In this document: positions 52,221 through 61,679 of the stretch, piece by piece
Position numbering within the stretch: the first letter of the stretch is position 1
Layout of the letters: every line of letters starts with the position of its first letter
From: a virus
Length of the DNA: 64,000 bases
Virus record (IMG/VR): IMGVR_UViG_2617270923_000003
Location: 1-64,000 of that record
Reading direction: 5' to 3' (one strand)
The notes under the pieces: model-generated
What the model was told of the DNA's origin: nothing
The model's input: the letters and a program-made list of their open reading frames with translations, nothing else
Database searches by the model: none
Program-made: the position numbers and the translations under genes

Positions 52221-52418
52221 ATGGGCATCCAAGCAGAGATAACACCGTCAGAACGTTATAGGGTCAAGCGCGAGGCGCGGGGCGAAAAACAGGTTCTTTT
52301 GTGGATAGAGAACCGTCTGACGGCGCAACTGGATGATCTAGTCAAAACGGGTGAGTTCCGCAATCGGTCTGAGGCCGTTGCGGTTGCCCTTAACAAGTTG
52401 ATCGAGGAACGAAACTAA
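52221..52418 (+). CDS. ribbon-helix-helix (CopG/ParD-like) DNA-binding protein
   Basis: 65 aa with EFRNRSEAVAVALNKLI, a typical RHH second helix. GGAAG RBS. Confidence 0.6.
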   Translation: MGIQAEITPSERYRVKREARGEKQVLLWIENRLTAQLDDLVKTGEFRNRSEAVAVALNKLIEERN

Positions 52419-52586
52419 GGGCTTAAACGGCTGAAGGCTCCAGGACGGCAATCCCAGAGCCTTCGAATTAGATAGTGACCGTCGGGACACCAGAGCCATT
52501 TAGCAACTCTGTTATCCCGAATCACCGCTGATTTGTCAACGACCTTTTGGGGTCGATGGCGAAGCTTTGCCCGGAAACGAGGGATT

Positions 52587-53714
52587 ATGAGAAGCGCACA
52601 GTCATCCGGCTGGCGCGCTCTAAAGCCGACAAAGCCGTCGGCCGCGGAGCCTGATACAGCGGATAAACAAGTCCTCTATGAGGCGGCCAGAGCGGCAGCT
52701 CAGGTCTTGAGATTGCCGTCGTCATGCCGGTTCGTTCTGGATCAGCTTGTCGGCGTCTATGGTGGAGAGCTCATCGAAAACCGTATGCTCGTCTGGCCGT
52801 CCAACGAATTTCTGGTCGAACGAACGGGAATCCCGGAGCGGTCTGTTCGCTACGCCTTGTCGCGACTGCTCGCAGAGGGCGTCATCGGCGCAAAGGATTC
52901 GCCAAACGGCAAGCGATATGCGCAGCGATCGCCCCGTGGGCAGATCATCAAGGCGTATGGTTTCGACCTCTCCCCTCTCCTCGCTATGCTCCCCGAGTTA
53001 CGCGATCGGCTGCAGGCAATCAGAGACGCCGAGCGTGAGCGCTTGGCTGTATTCGATGATCTCACTATACACCGAAGAGCGGCTCAGGAAGCGCTGAGGA
53101 CGCTTGCTGAGGTCTATCCGGACATCGACATAGTTGACCTCGGCTCGCGGGCCCTTGAGCTTGCACGAGTTACACCACGCAGATCCGTAACGGGATCGGC
53201 CGATAGTGCCCGAGATGCATGGCAGGCGATCAGGATCGAAGCAGAAAGCAGATATTATGCCGCCTCTGCCGGCAATTCTTGCCGTCACAAAGACAACAAC
53301 AAATATGCCCCTGACCAGTCTTGTAACAACGGCAAAGAGAATGGTGAGGAGGCGAAGCCGAGGGTAACCGCGACGGCTGAGGATGTGATGAAGGCGTGCC
53401 CGGACGCAATGGAGTTTATCGGGCCTGCCAGAAGCGACCGTGAATTTGTGGCGTGCGTCGGTCGCGCCCGCGGCATGTTTGGTGTTTCACCGTCAGCCTG
53501 GGAGGAAGCAGTGCGCGAAATCGGGGCGCTGGGCGCGGCCGTGACGCTGACTTATGTGGTTCAACTCCAGCAGAGGCCCGCGCCGGGGTCGGAGACTATC
53601 AAAAACGCGGGCGGCTATTTCCGAGCGCTGGTGAGGCTCATCAAGAATGGATCCGTCGATATCGAAGCCGAGATTATGAAGCTGAAAAGGTCGGGTCGAC
53701 CACGATCTGATTAA
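52587..53714 (+). CDS. repC: RepC-like plasmid replication initiator (repABC-family type)
   Basis: N-terminal winged-helix segment (VLDQLVGVYGGE..WPSNEFLVERTGIPERSVRYALSRLLAEGVIGAKDSPNGKRYA) closely resembles alphaproteobacterial RepC. A central AT-rich low-complexity stretch (53230-53350) sits where repC genes carry their internal origin. Confidence 0.6.
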   Translation: MRSAQSSGWRALKPTKPSAAEPDTADKQVLYEAARAAAQVLRLPSSCRFVLDQLVGVYGGELIENRMLVWPSNEFLVERTGIPERSVRYALSRLLAEGVIGAKDSPNGKRYAQRSPRGQIIKAYGFDLSPLLAMLPELRDRLQAIRDAERERLAVFDDLTIHRRAAQEALRTLAEVYPDIDIVDLGSRALELARVTPRRSVTGSADSARDAWQAIRIEAESRYYAASAGNSCRHKDNNKYAPDQSCNNGKENGEEAKPRVTATAEDVMKACPDAMEFIGPARSDREFVACVGRARGMFGVSPSAWEEAVREIGALGAAVTLTYVVQLQQRPAPGSETIKNAGGYFRALVRLIKNGSVDIEAEIMKLKRSGRPRSD

Positions 53715-54168
53715 CGTCATCGAGCTTGGCCCAGAATTTTCGGCGAGCCGGACGGTAAGTGCCGCCTTGGCTGATTGGGGTTAGCTTTGGAGAGGGAGAC
53801 GAGCATATGAGAAAGGAGACCACTGGATTGGTCGAACCCTTCTTAACGTCAATCTTGTCGACGGTGAGGATTGTGCCGGCATCGAGAGTAATATGGGCGC
53901 CCAAGAACACCTGCCCACGGCGGATGCGATAGATTTCGGTTATTCTCTCGTCCTGCTGAAGGGTTCGTCGCCGCGAATTAATCAACTCCAGGGAGGCTAG
54001 TTCCTGATCGATATCGCCGGCCTTTATGAGTTCGTCGCGGTAGTCGGCGCTGTTGGAAAGATCAAGACCATTCCAGAGATCGGCGTTCTGGTGATCGTTG
54101 TATAACTTAAACGTCCATGGCTGAAGCAATTCAACCTTTTGCCCCACCCTAGGTATAAATATGCGCAT
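53674..54168 (-). CDS. hypothetical protein (164 aa)
   Basis: Minus-strand ORF converging on repC with a 40-nt overlap. Confidence 0.45.
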   Translation of the reverse strand: MRIFIPRVGQKVELLQPWTFKLYNDHQNADLWNGLDLSNSADYRDELIKAGDIDQELASLELINSRRRTLQQDERITEIYRIRRGQVFLGAHITLDAGTILTVDKIDVKKGSTNPVVSFLICSSPSPKLTPISQGGTYRPARRKFWAKLDDVNQIVVDPTFSAS

Positions 54169-54267
54169 TATCCTGCCTCAATTCTCGACATGCGTGCATA
54201 TTCCGTCCAATAGCCGACGCAACTGCAAAAAGTAAAGGGCTGCTTTCGCAACCCTTTCTTTAATTTG

Positions 54268-55794
54268 TCACGCGGCCTCCTTGATCTCCACTTCGCCGTC
54301 CTTATCGTCGCGGAAGCGAATGGCGCGGGGATGACGAAGCGAGCCGTCGGGCGTAACTTCCATGAACTCGGTTTCGAGAAGCCGGGTCATCAGGTTCGTG
54401 GCGCCAACCTCCTTGAGATCATCGTATGCGAATGACTTGCCCTTGAAGCCAACCGAGGGATCGATGCCGAGGATCTTGGCGTCCATTTCCCAGAGCTGCC
54501 AGAGTTCCTCGCGATCGGGATCGGAGAAGCCACCGCCTACGCGAACGTTGACGCCATCGTGGTCGACGATGACGCCGCCCAGGATATTCTCATACTTGGA
54601 ATGCTCCTGACCGTTGTAGATACCGACAATCGGCAGATCGAGAGTTTCCTCGGCCTTGACCTTCAACCAGGCAGAGGACTTCTTCTTCTCGTAAAGCGCC
54701 TCTAGATCCTTGACGACGATGCCTTCGAGGACTGCGGGCTTACCGGTCTTCGGGTTGATCGTGGTCTTGAGAAGCGCCTCCTCCTTCGCCTTGTTACCGC
54801 GAGCCAGGTAGGAGGCGAGCGTCATGTCGCGTGCGCGCAGGAACAGCTCCTGGACCTCGGCGTCATTGTTGACGAAGAACTGCGGCACGATCTGGATCGT
54901 TTCGGGCGAGGACGTGCCCTTGAGTGCGATCTTGGCGAGATCCTGGAACTCTTCGACCCACTTGCGACGAACAGACAGCGGCTGACCGACAGCCCCAACG
55001 GCATTGAAGTCATCGTAGGACATCATGTCGTAGAGGTGCAACTCGGCGCCAACAGCGTCTTCTTCCTGACGACGAAATGCGCCGGTCTCCTCGAAGACCG
55101 TCATCATGGCTTCACCGTCGAGCATAAAATTAAGCTTGTCCTCACCGTCGCGCATCATAACCCTGCGCAGCTCGGGACTCGCCGCTGACACCACATAGGA
55201 TGCCGCCTGCATGACCGGCTCTACCAGGAAGTCGAGTGCCGCCACACGGTTGCCAGTGCGCGTAAAGAAGCCGGCGTTGTTGTCCTTGCACAGGAAGGTG
55301 TTGCGGTTCCCGTCCAGCTTGAACTCGGCCTTATAGACCTTGCCCTTCTTGAGCTTCTTGGGCTCGTAGTGAACCGCGCGCTGCACGGAGAAGACCGGAA
55401 TGAGGCCAGGCACCGCGACGTTGATCGTCTGCGCCCCAATGCCGCACTTCAAATCCTTCGAGAGGATTAGAAACAGCAGACGTGCGCCGTCTTCATCGAG
55501 CGCGCCCATAACCTCACCCACCTCGCGCTCAGCAGCAAGGCCGGTAAGCTCACGCGAAGCCAGCTTCTTCAACAGCGGCTCGATCAGGTTCTGCTTAAAC
55601 TCCATCTTGAAGCGACCAGCATTTTCGGTGAGCGCCGGCGTCAGATAGAACTTGATGTAGGGGTTATACGCCCAGGAAAGAACGAACTTGCCCAGATCGG
55701 AAGCGCCAAGCTCCATCGTCAGGCGTTCCTTTTCCGTGCGTGATGATGTCGCCCCAATGTCATCGATCAGGGACTTGACGGCATAAGCGTCCAT
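54268..55794 (-). CDS. ATP-dependent DNA ligase
   Basis: Adenylation motif I (AEFKLDGNR), motifs III-V and OB domain; 508 aa. Confidence 0.85.
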   Translation of the reverse strand: MDAYAVKSLIDDIGATSSRTEKERLTMELGASDLGKFVLSWAYNPYIKFYLTPALTENAGRFKMEFKQNLIEPLLKKLASRELTGLAAEREVGEVMGALDEDGARLLFLILSKDLKCGIGAQTINVAVPGLIPVFSVQRAVHYEPKKLKKGKVYKAEFKLDGNRNTFLCKDNNAGFFTRTGNRVAALDFLVEPVMQAASYVVSAASPELRRVMMRDGEDKLNFMLDGEAMMTVFEETGAFRRQEEDAVGAELHLYDMMSYDDFNAVGAVGQPLSVRRKWVEEFQDLAKIALKGTSSPETIQIVPQFFVNNDAEVQELFLRARDMTLASYLARGNKAKEEALLKTTINPKTGKPAVLEGIVVKDLEALYEKKKSSAWLKVKAEETLDLPIVGIYNGQEHSKYENILGGVIVDHDGVNVRVGGGFSDPDREELWQLWEMDAKILGIDPSVGFKGKSFAYDDLKEVGATNLMTRLLETEFMEVTPDGSLRHPRAIRFRDDKDGEVEIKEAA

Positions 55795-55803
55795 TGCTGC
55801 TCC

Positions 55804-56385
55804 TTACGCTGCATTAATCGCCGCTGCGAGATTGCCGGATGCGGCAGCATCGCCAACGGAGTTGGTCTGGGTGTTGGTGTTGTCGGCCTTCGGAGCAGCC
55901 TTGCGCGACTTGCGCGGCGTCGGGCTCTCGGTGAAGTTGCGGGAATAAGAAGGGCCGTCGTCGCTCGGAAGCGGTGCAGCACCAATAGCCTTTCCGATGC
56001 GCTCGGAAGCGGTCTCGATCTTGAGCCGTTCTGCATCCGAGACGCCCGGAAACTCTCGATAGTAGGACTCGACGACCATCGGGCGGTGGATGCGTTCCAG
56101 AACGTCCTTACGCAGCTTGCCCACGACCGGCGTGTCGGATGCGTAGTCATCCTGCCAGCTTCGACCGTTGGTGCGGATCTTGTTGACGATCGCCGCGGCC
56201 GCGCACTTGCCGGCCCGCATGCAAACCTGGCAGCCCTTGCGGACCTCGGGACGCTCGCCGCGCCAGAACATCTCCCGCAGCTTGAAGCACTGCGAAATCT
56301 TGGTCGTGGTCTCAAATACCGGGCAAACAAACGCGAACTGATTGCGCGGGTCGTCCAGTTTCACGTATTCGTTCTTGGTAGACAT
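55804..56385 (-). CDS. Cys-rich hypothetical protein (possible Zn-binding DNA-end sensor) with C-terminal ...AAASGNLAAAINAA tail
   Basis: N-terminal C..C....C...C cluster (CPVF...CFK...CQVCMRAGKC), a Lys/Pro/Thr-rich linker, and a tail shared with the 35010..35369 product. Confidence 0.5.
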   Translation of the reverse strand: MSTKNEYVKLDDPRNQFAFVCPVFETTTKISQCFKLREMFWRGERPEVRKGCQVCMRAGKCAAAAIVNKIRTNGRSWQDDYASDTPVVGKLRKDVLERIHRPMVVESYYREFPGVSDAERLKIETASERIGKAIGAAPLPSDDGPSYSRNFTESPTPRKSRKAAPKADNTNTQTNSVGDAAASGNLAAAINAA

Positions 56386-56906
56386 CAGAACCTCCCGTAG
56401 AGATCGTTTTCGGAGTAAGCCTTTTCAGCCGCTTCCTTTTCGGCTGCGAGCTGCGCGGCGCGAACGGCTGCGGGGTCGACCTTGCGCGAGGAGTCGAGCT
56501 TGTTGCCGTCTTCATCCCACTGCGGGCTATCCAGTTCACGCATACCGCTCGTATCGAAGCCGGGATCGAGGTGCTGGACTGCTGTCGCGCCCATCTTGTT
56601 GAAGTAGACATTGCCCACGGCCTTCACGATTTCCGAGGGGTCTTTCGCACTTGCCTCGCGCGCCGGCCCGTTCTGGCGATAGCCCTTACGGGTCTTCTCG
56701 GTCTCCTTCTTGTCGAAGGCACGCTGCGCCTTGACCGGGCTGTCGAACATTTCGATCTTCATTTCACCGATCGCGCCGGTCTTGCCCCAGCGGTTAATGA
56801 CGACGCAGTTCCCGTTCGCAGCCTGGATCAGGTGCAGATGATAGGACTTCGTGCCGCCCTGGTGATCGTAGGAGATGGTCTTCGATGTAATCGGGTAGAC
56901 GGACAT
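56385..56906 (-). CDS. WGR-domain protein (ending ...DLYGRF)
   Basis: Start MSVYPITSK with AGAGGAAAGCT RBS. KSYHLHLIQ...VINRWGKTGAIGEMKIEMFDSPVKAQRAFDKKETEKTRKGY matches the PARP-associated WGR consensus (kfY.l.l...rWGRiG.........A...F..k...Kt.kGY). Confidence 0.7.
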   Translation of the reverse strand: MSVYPITSKTISYDHQGGTKSYHLHLIQAANGNCVVINRWGKTGAIGEMKIEMFDSPVKAQRAFDKKETEKTRKGYRQNGPAREASAKDPSEIVKAVGNVYFNKMGATAVQHLDPGFDTSGMRELDSPQWDEDGNKLDSSRKVDPAAVRAAQLAAEKEAAEKAYSENDLYGRF

Positions 56907-57028
56907 AGCTTTCCTCTGCGCGACAATCGGTCTGCGACCAGTGATGCGCGTTTCTTCGTTCATGTTTGAGTTATAGCGAGATCGTCATTGGGACGCGGCA
57001 GGAAATAAGTATGTGATTACTTATCCCG

Positions 57029-58171
57029 TCAGGCAGCAGTTCGCGCCCTCGCCTCCTCGGCAAGCTTTTTCTTTTCAGCAGCCGCGTAGGGGTTCTTGAG
57101 ACGCCAGCGAATATCAAGCTTAGGGGTCCAAAGTTCGGCCGCGTAGAAAGCACGACGCACCACGTCACCGGTGACTTCGTTCGGATCCTTCTCAAACGGC
57201 AGAAGAGCAACACGGACCTTGAGCCCGATCCCCGTAAGAATCTTGGCAGCATCGAGAGCGGCAAGAAGCGCTTTAACCTCGCCGTCCCACATGATCGTGA
57301 CAGTCGTAACTCCCCTCGCCTTCAACTGAATGAACCGGCCAAGCTGGTCATCGCCATCCGACGCGCCATAGGACAAGTGCTTGCCGAACGATCCAACCGG
57401 CACGATATGGCGAAGGTCGGGATCGGCGTCGAAAGCTACCTTGATGGCCGCAACGTCGAAAGCGCCCTCGCCCATCACCACATGATCCGTCGCCACCGCA
57501 TTGTGGCCGTTGAGCAGATATCGCCCCGTTCCCGGCAGCTCCATCGGGAATAGATACTTCTTATTCGAGGTGCCGGTTAGATCGCGGCCCTGGAACGTCT
57601 TCAAGCTTCCGTCGAGATCAAAGACCGGAATGATGATCCGATTGCCGAAATTCTGCGTCTGCGTGACGCCGTCGGCGTCCTTGAACTTCCACCAGCCGAA
57701 CTGGCACCAACGAAGCTCGAAATACTTCGCGATCTCGCCGTCAAAGCCGCGTTGCTCCAGATATGCCAGGTTCGAACCGTCGGCGAGAGGCAGCGGATCA
57801 GAAACCGGCAGAGTGACCTGACTATGGTCGACGGCTACCATAGCCTTTCTCTTGGGCTTGTAGCCCTGGTCACGCAGGATTTCCTCGCACGTTTCGAACG
57901 TGGCGCGCCAGTTGTCGCCATGATCGAACTGGTAGTTCACATACTGGAGCTTGTTGAAGGAGTTGCCGCAGACGAAGCAGTTACCCTTGCCATTATCGAT
58001 CCCGAAATAGGTGCGCCAGCGCTCGTCACGACAACTTGGATGTGGACACGTCTTGATGTTAAGCTGAATGCCTGACGTGCCGCGCGTCTCGCGATAGGAA
58101 ATGCTTTCGCGATCCAGCAGAAACTCCATGTCGAGCTCCTCCTGGATCTGGTCGTATTCTACCCGTGCCAT
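57029..58171 (-). CDS. DnaG-like DNA primase (T4 gp61-like)
   Basis: Zinc-ribbon (CPHPSCRDE...CFVCGN) and TOPRIM (VVMGEGAFDVAA...DGD). Confidence 0.8.
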   Translation of the reverse strand: MARVEYDQIQEELDMEFLLDRESISYRETRGTSGIQLNIKTCPHPSCRDERWRTYFGIDNGKGNCFVCGNSFNKLQYVNYQFDHGDNWRATFETCEEILRDQGYKPKRKAMVAVDHSQVTLPVSDPLPLADGSNLAYLEQRGFDGEIAKYFELRWCQFGWWKFKDADGVTQTQNFGNRIIIPVFDLDGSLKTFQGRDLTGTSNKKYLFPMELPGTGRYLLNGHNAVATDHVVMGEGAFDVAAIKVAFDADPDLRHIVPVGSFGKHLSYGASDGDDQLGRFIQLKARGVTTVTIMWDGEVKALLAALDAAKILTGIGLKVRVALLPFEKDPNEVTGDVVRRAFYAAELWTPKLDIRWRLKNPYAAAEKKKLAEEARARTAA

Positions 58172-58172
58172 A

Positions 58173-59504
58173 TTATTCCTTCCCGAGAACCTTGGTCAGA
58201 AACTGCATCTTCTGGCGATCCTGCTTAATACGCAGGGAGAAGCCGTCTTCGGTGTTACGCGACAGCAGCCACGACAGACGGGCCTCGCCTGCGGCCTTCT
58301 CGGCCTCGGTGGCGTTGATGCCGATCATAATGTCGACCGTTCGCGCCTTGTTCCAGTCGTCGCCAACGTCTGTAGCATCGGCCTTGGCCTTCTTGGCGCC
58401 GTCACGGTTGGTCTGGGTGGCCGTCAGAAACGCGCAGTTGAGTTCATGGGCAAGAGCGCGGAGATCGACGTAGATCGTGCGCAGGTTTTCCTGCAGCGAG
58501 TCCGAGCGATACTCCGCAGCCATGATGTCGGCGTAGTCGACGATCACCAGGTCGAACATGATGCCGTCGGCCCGGTAGTTCTCAATCAGGCGATGCAGCG
58601 CAGACGGCTTCAACGTGCCGGAGGCGTGATCGCGGAGCTCGAAGCGGCCTGACTTGGCGTGGATGGCCTTGATCGCGGCCTCAATCTTGTCCGGATCCTT
58701 GTGCAGTTCGCGCATCAACGTGTCGGACATGGCCGCGTCGATACGATCGGCAATGATCTCCTTCGAAACTTCAAGGCTGTCGTAGAGGACGTTGTAGCCG
58801 GCCATCGCGGCGTTCTTGCCAAAGTCACCGAGAGACATGGACTTGCCGGCCTTGGCAGCGCCCATCATGCACGACAGTTCCTTGCGGCCCCATCCGCAGT
58901 GGTAAAGGTAGGCGTCCATTGCCGGATAACCGGTCGTGATCCCGTTCCTCACAACCTTCCCAGCCTTGAGATCGTGGCGCATCTTGGTGCGGTTCGCGAT
59001 CTCCTCGAAATAGTTGTATCCACCACCGTCGACATTGGCGCCGATCGCGGTTGCCTCCTTCATGAGCTGACCGATCTTGCCCCAATCCTTCTTGTCGATC
59101 AGGCCGTTGACGCACTTCTCCATCACATCGATGACCGCCTGCGTCTTTGCGAAATCAACGACCTTGTCCTGGACGAATTGAGGGTTGGACAGATCGGTCG
59201 TGAGGATCGACTTCACCATCTGCTTAACGGGATCCACCATGTCAGGACGGATCCGCTTGGCCGCGATTTCGTCTTTCAAGATCGTCGGCAGGATCTTCAT
59301 GTCCGGGACCGCTCGATAGGTCTTCACATGCTCGTGGACGATGCGAACGAGGGTGCCGGCGGCATCTTCCGTGAAATACTCGGGCTTGATCAGGTCCTTC
59401 GTGTTCATTGCGAAGGTGGTGTCGCGCATCACGAGGGCGGCGACCTTCGTCTGGAACGACTGGTCGAACTCGAACTGTGCCTCTTCGGTCACAACTGACT
59501 CCAT
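58173..59504 (-). CDS. DnaB-family replicative helicase (T4 gp41-like)
   Basis: Walker A GAAKAGKS, Walker B DYADIM, RecA-like C-domain and N-terminal helical domain. Confidence 0.85.
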   Translation of the reverse strand: MESVVTEEAQFEFDQSFQTKVAALVMRDTTFAMNTKDLIKPEYFTEDAAGTLVRIVHEHVKTYRAVPDMKILPTILKDEIAAKRIRPDMVDPVKQMVKSILTTDLSNPQFVQDKVVDFAKTQAVIDVMEKCVNGLIDKKDWGKIGQLMKEATAIGANVDGGGYNYFEEIANRTKMRHDLKAGKVVRNGITTGYPAMDAYLYHCGWGRKELSCMMGAAKAGKSMSLGDFGKNAAMAGYNVLYDSLEVSKEIIADRIDAAMSDTLMRELHKDPDKIEAAIKAIHAKSGRFELRDHASGTLKPSALHRLIENYRADGIMFDLVIVDYADIMAAEYRSDSLQENLRTIYVDLRALAHELNCAFLTATQTNRDGAKKAKADATDVGDDWNKARTVDIMIGINATEAEKAAGEARLSWLLSRNTEDGFSLRIKQDRQKMQFLTKVLGKE

Positions 59505-59505
59505 T

Positions 59506-59575
59506 TCCTAAGTAAGTGCTTACTTATATTATAAGACGCAGAGCGTCGTGTTTCGACTTATAGCGAAACGTTGAT
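59506..59575 (-). promoter_or_regulatory. tandem cassette: palindrome TAAGTAAgtgcTTACTTA + TATTATAAG, then a second CTTATAGCG box; between the 59579..60337 gene and helicase
   Basis: Two -10-like boxes 35 bp apart. Confidence 0.4.
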
Positions 59576-59578
59576 GGG

Positions 59579-60337
59579 CTACTGCAGATAGCGTTCGATC
59601 AATTCCAACGGCGGCAGGTCGGGATCCTTGCGAGACTTCACCTTGTCCAAGGGAAGCATGTTTTCCTCAACGAACCGGCCGATAAACTCTGCGGGGTTTG
59701 ACCGGAGCTTGGCCTGCTTGAAAAGCCATTCATGATAATGGTTCTGCTGAGGTAGATCCTGATAGTTCTGCACCAGGTAGCAGGAATGCTCGGCAAGAAA
59801 GAGCCGCGATGCCTGGAGCTCCTCCCACCGTTCCGCAATCTTCTCGACCACGTAATCGCCATAGAGCTGCTGCGGCTGCGGCATGTTGTTCTGCTGCCAG
59901 TGGTTCATCCGGTAGGTGAAAGCGAGGTCAATATAGACATCGTAGGGCATGGTCAGCATGTCGGCGATCTGACGGCCGCGCCAGCAGCCGATAAGCTGCT
60001 TCTTTGCCTTTGTCACCTTCTTCGGGTCAGCCTGACCGCCCGGACGAAGTGCAGCGAGAATATTGTCGACATGCAGAGGATTGATATGCTCGGCCCTCTC
60101 GCGATCATAGACACGGGCATAGATGCGCTTGTAGACAATTGCGTAAGCTTCCATGTAGGCCACGGTTGCCTGCAGCAGTGTCATGTGCCGATAGTCGAAC
60201 CACTTCTTCTCCCATCCCATACGATCAAAGCCCTGCCACTCATCCTTGATGTAGTTGGAGATGATGTAGTCGTTTTCGAAAGTAGGGCAGCGCTCGGCTT
60301 CAAGCTCGGTCGTATAGGCGGTAATGATATGCGGCAT
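59579..60337 (-). CDS. hypothetical protein (252 aa)
   Basis: ORF; Trp/Tyr-rich; no family recognised. Sits between helicase and PhoH; a helicase-loader role is possible but not shown. Confidence 0.45.
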   Translation of the reverse strand: MPHIITAYTTELEAERCPTFENDYIISNYIKDEWQGFDRMGWEKKWFDYRHMTLLQATVAYMEAYAIVYKRIYARVYDRERAEHINPLHVDNILAALRPGGQADPKKVTKAKKQLIGCWRGRQIADMLTMPYDVYIDLAFTYRMNHWQQNNMPQPQQLYGDYVVEKIAERWEELQASRLFLAEHSCYLVQNYQDLPQQNHYHEWLFKQAKLRSNPAEFIGRFVEENMLPLDKVKSRKDPDLPPLELIERYLQ

Positions 60338-60429
60338 AGCTGGTCTTTCACTGTATCTGCTAAGACTTATAGCGAGACGCGCATGGAAGCGCAGAGAAAG
60401 CGAGCGCGGGATTTCCGCGCTCTTGGTTG

Positions 60430-61182
60430 TCAGCTTTCGTAGGCTTCCACGATGTCCTGGCAGAGACCCGAACGGACGATCTCGGAACGCAAGAAGTTGA
60501 CGACCGTGACCTGGCTGTGATTGCCAATCCGGTTGACCGCGTCGCTAAGACCCGAATTGCGCCCAATCTTTTCATCGGTCTGCGTCACATCGCCATTGAT
60601 AACGAACTTGGCGTTCTCGCCGATCCGGGTCAGGAACGCCTGGAATTCGGCCTTGGTCGCGTTCTGCATTTCGTCGGCAATCACCCAGGCATCTCTCAAG
60701 GTGCGACCACGGATAAACGCCAGCGGCACAGGCTCAATGACGCCGGCCTTCAGGCAATATTCGTAATAGCCAAAGCCTAGCGCCTCGACGAAGGCTTCCT
60801 TGACCGGAACCAGGTAAGGGGCAAACTTCTCGTGCAATTCGCCCGGAAGAAAGCCCATGCCCTCGCCTACTTCGATTGCCGGGCGAGTGACATAAATCTT
60901 CTTGATGTCACCACGCTTGAGCGCTTCCGCCGCACGCTGGATTGCGAACCAGGTCTTGCCAGTGCCGGCCGGCCCAAGGCCGAAAACGATACTGGACTGC
61001 TTAAACCCGGCGTCATAACGCTTCTGACCAGCAGTGAGCGGCTTTACCGGCTCCTTGCGAGCGGCAGTGGGTGCGGCAGGGATCGACCGATCCGCGGATG
61101 CGATCAGCTTGGAGTCATTGCGCATACGGGCGCGTTCGTCGCGACGGGTCTGACGGGCGACGGACTTACGAGGCTTGGACAT
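60430..61182 (-). CDS. phoH: PhoH-like ATPase
   Basis: Walker A GPAGTGKTW and PhoH-family conserved blocks (YVTRP..E.GE.MGFLPG...K..P). Confidence 0.85.
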   Translation of the reverse strand: MSKPRKSVARQTRRDERARMRNDSKLIASADRSIPAAPTAARKEPVKPLTAGQKRYDAGFKQSSIVFGLGPAGTGKTWFAIQRAAEALKRGDIKKIYVTRPAIEVGEGMGFLPGELHEKFAPYLVPVKEAFVEALGFGYYEYCLKAGVIEPVPLAFIRGRTLRDAWVIADEMQNATKAEFQAFLTRIGENAKFVINGDVTQTDEKIGRNSGLSDAVNRIGNHSQVTVVNFLRSEIVRSGLCQDIVEAYES

Positions 61183-61280
61183 TTCAGGGGACTCCAGTGG
61201 AATATTAACGGTCCCACTGTAGCGAAATTCTGAGAAATAAGTAAGTAATTACTTACATAGGCGATCAGAATTTCATGCCG

Positions 61281-61679
61281 TCAGCCGTTGCGCCGATAGA
61301 TCGCAAAACCGGAAATCTCGCCGTTGTCGTCCGACATATCCTGTCTGTAATCGCCCCTGTAATACGTCCAGCCACCGCCTGACCAAGAGGTAGCGTTATA
61401 GTCGATCCGCGCTACCTCGCCACCGCCCCAGACCAACTGAGCATAAGTCCCCAAAAAGGCGTGATTGACGCGCGTCCAGCCGTAGTTGCTGTCATATGCC
61501 GGGCCTTCCTGAACAACCGAGCTCTTGCCGTGCAGGTCGCCCATCGAAATCCATCCAGACGAGCGACCTGCAAGATTTCGCACGTTTCCGTCATTCAGAT
61601 AAATCGGAGCGTTCCAGGCTTTACCAAGTTCCTGATTAACCTGGCTCATCAAGATATGTCCGGAAGATGGAAGAGTCAT
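61281..61679 (-). CDS. hypothetical protein, Gly/Trp/Tyr-rich; ATGA-coupled to the tail fibre gene (possible fibre-associated/adhesin component)
   Basis: 132-aa ORF overlapping the tail-fibre stop. Confidence 0.4.
   Translation of the reverse strand: MTLPSSGHILMSQVNQELGKAWNAPIYLNDGNVRNLAGRSSGWISMGDLHGKSSVVQEGPAYDSNYGWTRVNHAFLGTYAQLVWGGGEVARIDYNATSWSGGGWTYYRGDYRQDMSDDNGEISGFAIYRRNG

Noticed and set aside
57008-57030. Palindrome ATAAGTATGTGATTACTTAT just after the primase stop
   Set aside because: It has no associated -10 box in the right orientation for any gene; more likely a terminator or roadblock copy of the operator. I did not call it a promoter.
1429-61262. Repeated palindromic units as a CRISPR array or MITE family
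   Set aside because: Copies are kilobases apart and always intergenic just upstream of gene starts. They have conserved flanking promoter boxes and no regular repeat-spacer structure.
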